Assembly (NCBI GenBank): GCA_002189035.1 | Contig: NEEC01000015.1 | Span: 930,001 to 994,000, forward strand | Length of the DNA: 64,000 nucleotides | Reading direction: 5' to 3' | Origin: Utricularia gibba | Taxonomy: Eukaryota > Plantae > Magnoliophyta | Part shown: one piece after another, positions 50,606 to 62,306 of the stretch | Numbering within the stretch: the first letter of the stretch is position 1 | Layout of the letters: each line of letters starts with the position of its first letter | Position numbers and translations under genes: made by a program | Notes under the pieces: model-generated | The model's input: only the letters and a program-made list of their open reading frames with translations | Database searches by the model: none | Told to the model about the DNA's origin: nothing

Positions 50606-51162
50606 ATGGCTTCGATCGCGACAGCAACCGTCGTGAACGGCCTCGCCAGAAGCTCCATCTCCGGCAATAAGCTATTCGCCAAGCCATCTCGCGCATCCTT
50701 GAAGCCCACCACCTCCAAGTAACCAATTTGGTCTTATGGCCATTCTTCGTTCAAATCCTGATGGGGTGGAAGTGAAACTGGTTGTAGTGTTGGTGCTGTG
50801 GCCGCCAAATATGGGGACAAAAGCGCCTACTTCGATCTGAAAGACATCCCAAGCACCACCGGGCAATAGGATTTGTAAGGTTACGATGCCCCATCGCCTT
50901 ATAACCCTCTCCAGGTCCATTAAACACTATCTGGAGAAATTAATTTGGAACCGAAAACTGTTACAGAGCAAGTTCTTTGAGACATTTGCTGCTCCATTCA
51001 CCAAAAAGGGGTTTGCTGCTTAAGTTCTTGAACTTGGGAGGTGGTACTGCGCTTGCCTACGCGAGCTCCCAAGCAACAGGAGATGTTCTGCGCATCGTCA
51101 AAGGCCCACAGCTTCCACCAAAGCTTGGGCCTAATGGCATATTCAACTTGCATGCTGATTAG
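50606..51162 (+). pseudogene. PSAH: Photosystem I subunit VI (PsaH) pseudogene, non-processed, 3 exons (50606-50718, 50788-50914, 50967-51162)
   Basis: MASIATATVVNGLARSSISGNKL.../[52 protein letters not shown](K)[13 protein letters not shown]...[10 protein letters not shown]. Stops are TAG at 50867 and TAA at 50876; +1 frameshift at 51003-51007; normal stop lost. Confidence 0.93.
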
Positions 51163-51673
51163 TACATGTACAAGCTTGTAAGCATGTTCTGATCATGCAA
51201 TTGTTCTGACCACCTGAAGAAATTCATCCTCTTTATGCATTTTTCTTCTTGGATATTTTCAGCGGAATATGGATGACTGCGGCACTTGAATTAATCCACT
51301 TACCGGAGCTTCAACCCGGGATAAGACACTTGGTCAAGCATAGACAAGATGAAAGCCTTATAGAATCTCACTGGCTGAACATTGGAGGTGATAAAGGGAG
51401 TTCCAAAACATCAATTCCTACCAAATACAAAATTTGCGGTGACAGATAAGCTTTTCTCAACTGACTCCGAGATTGGGCATGGATCCGGATCCATATTGCC
51501 GCTGATATGCAAACTTGAAATGCAAATCGTGCCTTAATACGCACAGCTTATTTGCACTTCTTAATGAAAATGAATCATCTAGAGCCACGTAAATGTAATA
51601 GCTATTGCATATCACCTTTGCACTACTTGATTCGGAAAGCGGGTGAACAGTCAATGATACCACTGTTGGCGTT

Positions 51674-54600
51674 TTATAAGTTTGAAAACACATCATGCAG
51701 TTGATGCCAGGTAGTTGAAGCCTTATACAGAAACTTGCACAGATGCTCTCTTGAAGCACTCGAACCAGGTTGAACCATTAACCCTGGGTTCATCAGCATA
51801 TCCTGCAGTTGGGAGCACAGCTCCAGAATTTCCCGATCGTCTGGACTAGATTCAGTAATTAGTTGAAGCAACTTACAACTTTGAACATGCGAATTCAGAC
51901 TTGGTAATTCAGGTTGAATGGGAGGAGCCAGAAAAGGATGCCGGAGTAGTTGAGGAATCCTCCATCGTTTATTACGGTCCCAAGCGAGACATTTCCTCAT
52001 TAAATCGAGAAGCCAGGGGTTGGAAACTGGCTCGTACCAAATCTCATAAGTAGGATCTGTTATGACCTTGAATTTGGACAAGAAAGTTTTGTATTCTGAA
52101 AAGGGAGTCCGACCATAAACCATCTGGTAGAGGATGCAACCTAGGGACCAGATATCTGATGGAAGGCCACATTTTATTATAATTCCATTTGCATCCATCT
52201 CATTACACATGAATGCTTCAGGAGACATATAACTTAAAGTTCCCACCTGGAGTGATCACGTAAACTTGGATTAGGAGCATGATGAGAGCATGGATGCATG
52301 AATGGTCAAGAACTGTACTAGAATATACTGAATGATCATGAGATACCTAAAAACTTAAGAAATATGCTCTGAAATGCATGCTCTCAAATAAAAATGGCAT
52401 TTAGATTGAAAAACCTGAGAATCCCGCTGAATGTTGGTGGTGTCGTTCATTATTGCCTTGGCGATGCCAAAATCAATTAGTTTCAGTGAACCTTTTACAA
52501 GAAGAAAATTTGCTGGCTTCAGGTCAGAGTGCACAATTCGTTCCTTGTGAATGGTGTTAACTGCCATAAGTATTTGCTGCCAATAGAATCGCAGCCAGTT
52601 CTCGTCTATTGATGCATTACCGCCAGAAGCATCTATTTCTTTCCATTTCTGAGATAGCATGTGTGCTAAATCAATTTCCCCATATTCAAGAACCATGTAC
52701 ACATAACCATCGTCTCTCACCCTGCCATCCTTACTCATGGAACCATCCATCACTTCCTGCAGCAAAGTTTTATCTGTCACCTAAGAAGAAAATGAGAAGC
52801 ATAAGGACGATAATCGGACTGCTTGCCCATGAAAAAAAGTATCAAATAAAAATTATCAAGGCAGCAAGCAGCTAATAGCAGAAATGCACCTCATAGTCAA
52901 TTAGTTGAATAATGTTCTCCTTTCCTCTCAATCTGTTTAAGTAGTGGATCTCCTGGCAGAACCCGTATGCTGTTGCGTAGTCACGACCTTTGAGTTTAAT
53001 CTTCTTCAAAGCATAGATTTTGCAATCTGACGATATGACTTTGTGGACTTCACTACTCCCTCCACTTCCTATCTTACCAAGCCTTTGATATAGTTTTCCA
53101 TTAACTTTGAAAAACATATCAGGGTCATAACCTCTTTTCCGTGATGTGGAGGGTGCTTTACCAGCAACAGCAGTTTCAAGTTTATCCTTGGGATTGCCTG
53201 CTGGCTCTGGTGGAGCGATTCTATCCAATCTAGAGGGCAGGGATTTAGCATCAGCTGCATTATTTTCTTCTAAACGGGTTCCTTCTTGAGGGAAAACGTT
53301 TGAAGCACTATGCTCTTTCGGGCAACTGTTCTGCAACTTCTCAGATGGATTGGATGAACTTTCCAAGGGCGTGGCAGTGAAGGAAATGAGAGATTGGGAG
53401 GTCAAAGCTGATTTACAAGTTCCATCGGGATCAGCATATTTCAATAAAGAACATGATGATATGGCATTGGCCAATTTAACTTCAGGTTCTTCATGAGGCT
53501 CCTTGCTAGAACAACTTCCAAGTGTTGGAGGTTGTGAGCTGTAACCGACGGAGCTAGCCCAGGAGCAGAGATTGGGTTGTTAAAAGTTGAATTAACACAA
53601 GATGACCCAGCCACAGATGACTGATTCATGACATTACCCAAGTCTTTCTGCAGAAAGTTTCCACGCTGATGTTGATGATCCAGAATGCCAGGTGTTCTCT
53701 GATCTAAATATGAAGAAATCCCACCCTCAGACCTAACACAACTACTCACTTTGATGCTCTCGAAACCGTACTGATGCTTGCCTTGATTGATAACATCTGG
53801 CATATGCCCATGGTTGCTCTCTACCCATTCTTTTTCTGCCAATCAAAGTAAATTAATATGAGCGAGCAATGAGCAATTCCTACTACTTCCACATTCATAA
53901 TCCATACTTACGAAAGAACTTGCTTTGAGAGATGGAAAAAACAAGCATTGGTTGACAGTAGGTGGAAAAAAAAAATTTACCGCAGGACACAGCAAGATTT
54001 TGGGAGGAAAAATGGGCGTTCCTCATCACATCAACGGTACCGATTCCATTATCTAAACTCGACGAAGCATTAGCATTACTACTTAAAGAAATCATTGAAA
54101 CTCCAATTTGAGCAGCCTGAGTTGCATCAGGATAGGTATCCTCTCTTGATGATTCTGATGGTGGAGTTATGCATAAATGATCCTTTTTATCTACCATTAA
54201 GCCTTTTGATCTCTCAGACTGCAAGAAATCCTCCCTTCTCCTGCTGTCAGTGGGCTGTGAGTTTATATTTGTTTCTTTGGAAATCTCTCGTCGTGCAGCC
54301 AAAACTCTCCTTGATTCGTACTATTTGATTGCATCATACCTATATGCCGACAGTGCATTATCAAGAAAAAATCAGAGAAAAAGCCCAAAAATCAAGCAAG
54401 AAACCGCTGATATCACATCACACATTCATTAGACCCACCAACATGCCGGCTCATGGAAATTCATCCATTAGGAAGGAAGCATAACAAGGATCAATAGCAG
54501 AAACCCAAATAAGGCAGAAGTATACCTACTGGACGGTGTCTTTTGAAGGCAGCCTGAACATGCCTGACCAAGTCGGGAGGAGACGAGGATGATGAAGACG

Positions 54601-54742
54601 TGCTCGAGGTGCAAGTAATGGATGTATTGAATGTGCGGCTAATATTAACGGAATCAGGATTAATGTTGACTGGGCGACTCAGATTCGGCTTGAAGAACCT
54701 TGCTGCCGCTGGTGCGTCTGGAACTTCAGACTGCCGTTCCAT
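51674..54742 (-). CDS. MPS1: MPS1/TTK spindle-checkpoint kinase
   Basis: N-terminal [96 protein letters not shown]. Two apparent 1-nt deletions, at about 54311 and about 53518. Confidence 0.95.
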
Positions 54743-55165
54743 CGACAATAAGCTGGAGCATTTCTAGGGTTCCGCGAAATTAGAAAGGAATAGGAGCTCA
54801 AGCAGATGCCGCCATTGAAGACCTCCACCACCGGTGCCCTTCCGCGGAAACCAGAGGAAACCGAAATGATTTTGAACTTCGTTCTGGCGCCCCCAAACGA
54901 TTTCCGTGATACTTTAATTGGGCCAGAAGGCCCAATAAACTATTACCTATCTGCGCACCGACGGCCCAATATTTATTTATTCTTTTATAAATTAAAATAA
55001 ATTCATATGTAGCGCTACTTTAGTCTTTAGACATGCGCCTTCTGACCGTTGGCTAATGATGCCTCTTTTCATGTCTCTCATGCTCTTTTGTCTTTACCTT
55101 TTTCCAGTTACCATCATCGCATACATATACACTCCGCCATCTTCGTTCCTTCTTCTGCAACACCC

Positions 55166-56403
55166 ATGGCGAAGAGAAGAACCCTCGCAAAAAGCACAAA
55201 ACACCAACTCTCTTCGAACAAGAAACCGCCAGCTTGGGCTGCTGTAAGAAGCCTTTTCACCTGCAAGTATCTTCTTCAAGTGGAGAACCAACCCCGGCTC
55301 CACGAATCGAAGAGAATCAAAGAGTGCAAGAAATACAAGTGCTCTGATTCACTGTGCACCAAAACAGAGGACGTGAGTGAACTCTATTTTATACTCTTCA
55401 GTTTGGTGTAAGAAGCCGTTTCAACCTGCAAGTGTTTTTCAGGTTGCGCAGAGACTCGATTTACTGAGGGAAGCAAAGAAGCGGTCTGACGGTCCGAACC
55501 GTTGCTCCTCTTCCTCGTCTTCGGCTTCTGTCGGAACGCCAATCTTTGGTTCTTCTCCGTGTTTCGTGGGTGCCCCGTTTAGGAGACTGTCAGGTTGCCG
55601 TGAGTGCAAAGCGGTGGTAGATCCAGTTCATGTGATGACGAGGGACCCTTCTCTGAAAAACGCCATTTTCCCCTGTCTTGATTGTGGAGAAATGTTCATG
55701 AAATCTGAATATTTGGAGCTTCATCATGCCGTCAGGCATGCCGTAACAGAGCTGGGGCCTGACGACACAACCAAGAACATAGTGGAGATCATCTTCCAGT
55801 CGAGCTGGGTGAAGAAGAATGCGCCATTATGCAAGATAGACCGCATCCTCAAGGTTCAAAATACAACCAGGACCTTAAGGAAGTTCGAAGAATACAGAGA
55901 GAGCATCAAGGCTAAAGCTACCAAGTTGCCGAACAAACACCCCCGCTGCATCGCCGATGGAAATGAGCTTCTCCGCTTCCACGGCGGCGCCGTCAAATGC
56001 TCCCTCGGACTCAACGGATCCTCCAGCTTATGCAGTTCCATTCCCAGCTGCGCCGTCTGTTCCGTCATCAGATACGGATTCAGGGCGATCTCCAGCTTCT
56101 CTTCTAAATGCGGTATAGCTGTATGCTATAAGCGTGAATTCTGCAGCACATTAAGCTGGTTTTTTAACTTCATCAGGTATACTCACCACTGGCACTAGCG
56201 TGTCAGCCCACGATCGGTGCACGGCGGCGGAGGACGGGAAGCGGGCGATGCTGGTATGCCGTGTTATCGCAGGCCGGGTGAAGAAGAGCCGAGATGGAAG
56301 CTCCGAGGATTATGATTCCGTGAGTTTCAGCTCCGACGAGCTGTATGTTTTCAATCCCAGGGCCATTCTTCCCTGCTTCGTTGTCATCTATACAGTGTGT
56401 TGA
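55166..56403 (+). CDS. C2H2 zinc-finger protein with a plant PARP-like C-terminal domain, 3 exons (55166-55372, 55443-56112, 56177-56403)
   Basis: WAAVRSLFTCK, CLDCGEMFMKSEYLELHHAVRH, VEIIFQSSW, RCIADGNELLRFHG, GILTTGTS..AH, KRAMLVCRVIAGRV, ELYVFNPRAILPCFVVIY. Confidence 0.92.
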
Positions 56404-56911
56404 GTTTGATCATCCATTAGTGGAGGTAGTTAAGCTCACTAAGAAAATACAGGCACAAAACCATAAAACACTTTTCAATTATGAATTTATCGAGTATTAA
56501 TTTTAAAATGTTTTAAAATTAAAAAGATAAGTTATTTTATTACAACCCAAAATAATTATGAATTATTTTAAATATTCATAATTTGATAAAGTTAAGGACG
56601 TTCAGTTGAATTCACTATTTTTTTATTTTATATTCATAAAATGTTATTAATCCATTATAAAATTAATTCAAGTCAAAATCATAACTAAAACAGAAATTCA
56701 GTTATTGATACTGATTTTAAAATACGGATTTACAGTAAATTGTCAAAATAATGAAATATAAAAAAACAATATTTTAAATAATAATAATGATTAATAAATC
56801 ATTTTTAATTTTTTTATATTTTAAAATTGCCCAATGGGTTCACTGTGCAGGCAAAGCCTAATTATTAAATACTTGGGCTGCTGATGAAGGATTCTGTTCT
56901 GAGCCCGAAAC

Positions 56912-57973
56912 ATGAAGGGGGTCGGAGGAGGGCCTCTTCTTTCGATCGGCGATCTGCTAAGCGACGTTGGAGATGAAAACGCCGGCGACTTTCAATCCCA
57001 AACGCAACCTGCTATCAGTTCAGAAGTTTTCAATGTTCCGGCATCTCATCTTCCCTTTATTTTCAAGGTGATTTATCCCTTTTAATTCGTTGACTGTGAA
57101 TAACCCTTTATTCAGGCATCCGTGGCATAATAATTGATAGATGACACGTTGATTTTGGACTGATGATTTCTGAAAAAGAAGGTTTTAGAAGGTATAATCA
57201 TTTGGTGCCCTGTTTGAGCATTGATTTGGGGTAGATAATTTTTCTTCAACAGCTTTCGTTCAACTTATGCTATAATTATTAAGAATTAGGAACTATTGGT
57301 AGTCAGCATAACCTAAAGATGCATTTTTTTTTGTAGAAAACTTCGTTTTATTCAATGAGATTGTGCAATATGGTTTAGGATTCAAGTTCTTTCCTTTTCA
57401 AATCAGATAGACTCGTATCTGAAAGAGGTTTACAGTAATATTCTTTCAAACTTTACTATTTGTCTCTCTTTTAAACGTGTTTTGTGATTGAGTAAATAGT
57501 TCTACAAGGTAGTGGAGCGTATCAAGATAAACAAATGGAATGATTTTACACAAGGAGCTTTTGCATTCATATGGAAAGTGTCTATTTCTCAGGAAAGCTT
57601 TGCTGAGTTGAAGGGAGCACTTGATGGAGCAGATCATTCATGGGCAGGCCTTACCCTTGAGGTAACGCCTATTTTCATGGATAGAGCATTGACGGATTTT
57701 CTCAAAATGCCTTATTTGTGTATGAATTGTCTTTGCTCTTATCAACCTTTATGTCGTGGATACCTGCTTATCAGTTTGCTTCATTCCCTGCTCTATTTCT
57801 AGCTATGCTCGGCACTGGAAACTGCGAACAAGATGATGGATTTGGCCCATTCCAATGGGGTCCTGTTATCTGAAAAAGTTGAAGAACTTGAGCAAATGGT
57901 AAGTAGAAGAGAGTCCGCATTTACAGCAGCTAAAGCCAACATCAGTCCCAGTTCTTCGAAGCCACCGAGTTGA
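56912..57973 (+). CDS. Small conserved plant coiled-coil protein of unknown function, 3 exons (56912-57067, 57593-57661, 57803-57973); not in the ORF track
   Basis: Hand-spliced 131 aa: MKGVGGGPLLSIGDLLSDVG...FK/ESFAELKGALDGADHSWAGLTLE/LCSALETANK...LSEKVEELEQMV...AAKA. All junctions are GT-AG, phase 0. The N-terminus matches a plant family I recall (MKGVGGPLLCIGDLLSDVG). Confidence 0.85.
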
Positions 57974-58307
57974 AGGCGTTGTTCAATGTGTTAGCCGTTA
58001 GGGTGGTGTTTATCCTTCATCGGGTGAAATTGAAAAGGATCGCAAGAATTGGGCCGGGGGTTTAGCCGGCCCACTAGTAAAATGTGGCCCATGTCGTTGA
58101 ATGCAGTCAACGTCTAGAACTAAACTTATCCATCCAACGGCTGGCGTGAATCGTACGTGATCGAACATCGACGGCCAGTATTGCTGTAAGGCTTGGGCCC
58201 ACGCCATTGCGCTTTCTTTCCCGTCATATGATTATATGAATCACTATCGCCACAAGCCAAAAGAAAAATTGGCCGTAATTGGAAATTTATCAGAAATAAA
58301 CCACTCA

Positions 58308-58348
58308 TTCTCTCTCTCTCTCTCTCCCTCTCTCCCTCTCTCCCTCCC
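58308..58348 (+). repeat. (CT)n-rich tract upstream of the MORN gene
   Basis: CT dinucleotide run with interruptions. Confidence 0.85.
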
Positions 58349-58474
58349 CGCTACACGACATCATCGCTCCCCTCTGTTGTTTTAAAACCTCCACTGCGCC
58401 GCCGTGCCGGACAATTCATGACAGTACTTCTGTACGGGGATCCGGCCTAGCGATAATCGGCGGAAAGATCTAAA

Positions 58475-59918
58475 ATGGAGTCACCAAGGAGTCAGGGAAA
58501 GCTAACGAGGACGAACTCTTCGCTTCTCCGTTCATCTCCGACGATACGGTCGTCAATTCACAGTTTATCTTCACTGAGTGAGATTGATGGTGATCGGGAA
58601 ACTTTGGATTTGGAGGAGCAGAAGCCGCACGATAAACCGGCACCTCCATCACTGCGGCGTTCGTCGTCGCGTTTGGCGCCGGTTCTTGCACTAATTGTGC
58701 TGTGTGCATACGCTTTCGTTTCGTTTTTTAGTAGGAATAATATACCTGCGTCTGAGAGCTTACTTTTAGCTTTAATTCTCGTCGCGGTGCTGCTGTGTAT
58801 TGTTGCGAAAAACAAGGATCTAGCAAACAGGGTAGTTCATGTCTGTAAGCAGTTATGTGATGCATATGCTCAAAGATTCAGGTTCAACCCTTCTTTTCTT
58901 CCTTCCGGAGGCCATTCAGATTCTGTACAGTGGTACATAGGGGAAGCCAATTCCTATGAAATTGGCAGAAATAAATTGAAGAATGATCACAAGCTTGTCC
59001 ATGAACGAGTGGAGTTGTACGGTAATGGTGATCTCTATGAAGGAGAATTTCAGAAAGGGAGACCTGGTGGCAGTGGTGTGTACAATTACTTTGCCAGTGG
59101 TAGATATGAAGGGGATTGGATTGATGGCAAGTATGATGGTTTTGGGATTGAGACCTGGACAAAAGGAAGCAGATACAGGGGACAGTATAGACAAGGACTG
59201 AGGCATGGATGTGGGATCTTTAAGTTCTACACTGGTGACACTTATGCTGGAGAATGGTTCAATGGGCAGAGTCATGGTATTGGAGTTCAAACTTGTGCTG
59301 ATGGAAGTTGCTATATTGGGGAGTTCGAGTTTGGGGTTAAACATGGCCGTGGTTGCTACCACTTCAGGTTTGAAACTCATATATGAAATTCTGCAGATTG
59401 ATGCGATGTTCTTGTCAGATTTATCGATTGATCTTTATGCAGAAACGGAGATACATATGCAGGGGAGTATTTTGAAGACAAAATGCATGGTTTTGGAGTC
59501 TACCATTTCGCGAATGGCCATTATTACGAAGGTTCATGGCATGAGGGCCGTAAACAAGGCTATGGTATGTACACTTTCCGATCCGGTGACACGAGATGGG
59601 GCGAATGGGACAGCGGCAATCTCAAGGTGCCACATCCTGCACTGTCGGAACCTGTTCTCCATGCTATTCAGGTAATAATCCAGCATCCCAATACTCCCTT
59701 AAAATCCCTAGTTTAAAATCTAGTGAATTTGAGCTCATCTTATCACGTAGTCCGCAAGAACGACATCTGAAAGCGCCATTCATCTTCGTCGCGTGGACGA
59801 GCAAGTGAACAAGGCAGTCGCGGCAGCAAACAAAGCAGCTGCTGCTGCTAGGGTTGCAGCAATCAAGGCTGTTCAGAATAGAATTGATGGAAAATTTTGC
59901 AACATCGACAACATCTGA
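58475..59918 (+). CDS. Membrane-anchored MORN-repeat protein (At1g21920/At1g77660-like), 3 exons
   Basis: MESPRSQGKLTRTNSSLLRSSPTIRSSI, two TM helices, 7-8 MORN repeats, C-terminus VNKAVAAANKAAAAARVAAIKAVQNRIDGKFC. Confidence 0.94.
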
Positions 59919-62306
59919 AGGTTGCTTGCCAGCCATATTTATCGATTGGCAATCTATAAAAGAAAAGTTTACCCCCTCCACCCGGGAGCTAAAGGCTAAG
60001 CTGAGCGGTGGCAGTGGAATCTATTCCACCTAACCCGATGAGTCAGATCTGTCACTGAAGAAATGGTAACAGTGACCTTTTGTTTCCCTCTTTTTGTTTT
60101 GTATACAACATCATCTGACGCATCAAAAAACAGCATCCATGTGCAGGGGGTCTCGGTCGCTCGCTCGCTTTGTTTGACAAGAAAAGGGAGGGGATCCTCT
60201 GACGCCTGAACAGGAATCCACATCCAATGTACGTACGCTCCTCTTCACTCACACACACCAAGTTTTCCGAAGCAATAAGATTGTGAAAACACAACTTCTT
60301 CAATAGTCGTGAGAGAACATCAATAGAATAGAAGCTTGTCAGTTCCCGCACCATGCCTATCTGTAGTGGGGTTGCGCATTATCTCCCTGCCATGATCCTA
60401 ATATGCATGTCACGTTCCAACCCAGCCCCACCATTGCCCCATGCTTATCTTTACACGTAATGCACATTGGCTCGCACTTTTGGATCAGGCAGCTTATTGA
60501 ATCCCTGGCCCACGAATGCGTATGTGTGGCTAGGAGTTGGAATTTGCTGTTGTAGCGTCGCAACTGATGCTACAATTTGTGTGAACCGTTTGGGTTTGGA
60601 GGAGGATTCCATCAGGTGCACAATGCGTGTTTTTGAAGCAGGATGCCATTACAGAATAGAGAGCGCCAGTAATAATTAGGTGCACAATGCCCAGCGATGA
60701 TTGATTCTGGTTAGGTCACCTGCCTACTTAAATAATAATAAAACGACTGTACACAAACTAGCCGCCGTGATCGCACTCACTAGGTTTTCTAACTTTTATT
60801 TACAAACACAAATGGTATTTATTTGGAACAATTTTTGTTCTTAGAAAAATGGTTCAAAGTTAGTTTTATTAGAATATAAATTTAAAAAATATTTTATTAT
60901 TTTAAGAAATTATAAATCATTAACATATTTTATTTTATTATAAACGTTCTTTCAAAAAGTAATTTTGAAAAAAAGAACTCAATGGATAATAATAAATATA
61001 TGAGTATCAGTCCTTTTGTAAACTGTTTTCTAGAGGAGGGATTCGGAATTCCAGTTTCAAGTGAAGGCTTCTTTTGTAATTATAATTATAATTATAATTT
61101 TTTTTAATTTTTATAGATTTCAATCTTTATCAGAAAAATCGAAATTCTAAATTTTAAATTAATATAAAATATTATTAAAATTTATGAATATTGATTTTAC
61201 TAACTAAATAAGAAGATTATTTAGATTCATGCACACATTATAAAAATATATTAAATATATCAAACTCTACAACATATAGCTTAATTTATCAAATTTTATA
61301 ATATAGTTTTATTCTATTCCACAAAATAGTTTTACAATATGAAATTGAGTTTATTTATAAAATATTAAAATGAATTATATTATATATAATATAAAGCATA
61401 GGTTTAAAAACATAGAACCTGATTGTTTGTTCCCTCAAAATAAAAAAAAAGTGAGATGTCATTGAGAATACTCGAGCGTAGTGGATCGTGATGGGCCCAG
61501 ATGGATTTGGGCCACTAAGGGAACTGAACGATGACATCGTAGTGGGCCGGGCATACCGGTTATGCACAAAGCCCGAAATCGAACCGTCTATTTTGCGAAG
61601 CCCGGTGTCTAGGCGAGTAGTGGATCGTGAAACCCTGGCCAAGATTATCAAGTGCTAGTGAGTAATGGAGCCAAAGATACAGCGGGAGGAAAGCGATCAA
61701 GATAGCAGACCGGTTGATCGGAAAATGCTTCATTCGGAGTAGACGTTATTGAATCGGAAAAGATGTGCTCTTCTTCGTCTTCATCTTCATCACCTCGAGA
61801 AGGCGTTTGCGTTATTAAGGAAAGTAGCCGAAGGCCCGAAGACTGGGTTCGTGATTCAAATTTTTATTATATAAAAAAAAAATGGAAAGAATAATTGGAG
61901 GGAAATTTTGATAAAAATGTTTTCAGATTATATACAGAGGCCGGAGATTGCAATCCCGCTCCCTTGTCCAGGGAAGAGCAGAAAGCGACTCAGGCAGGCG
62001 AGACTGAGAGTGTGAGTAGGGGTTGATTTCTTCTACCGAAAACCCCGTTTCTTGTTCGTAATTTGTTTTCTGGACAAGCTATACGAAGTTGAAGGAAGTA
62101 GATACGGCCTCTGGCTACGTCAGGGTGTAGGACGGCAGCAGCAGCCACAGCAATGTTGGTGCCGCTTGCTTTTCTTTGAGCCGCGGTACTATTTTTTTTT
62201 ATCTCCAGATCAGAAGTCCCTCTATTTCGTTTTTGGGTGACTTTTGGGTTTATTTATCGTAGGAACCACGATTTGGCGTGGGTGCTTTATGTGTGGATCG
62301 GCGAGA

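Noticed and set aside
51479-51494. 16-bp palindrome ATGGATCCGGATCCAT as a Helitron 3' hairpin
   Set aside because: No CTRR end at the correct spacing in either orientation. About one such palindrome is expected by chance in 64 kb.
12936-54742. 'Meiosis cluster' of FANCM, MCT and MPS1
   Set aside because: The genes are tens of kb apart and interspersed with unrelated genes. Inherited synteny explains the arrangement.
60451-60612. 53-aa minus-strand ORF (MESSSKPKRF...) as a small peptide gene
   Set aside because: No signal peptide or known peptide motif (CLE, CEP, IDA, DVL), and no supporting promoter evidence.
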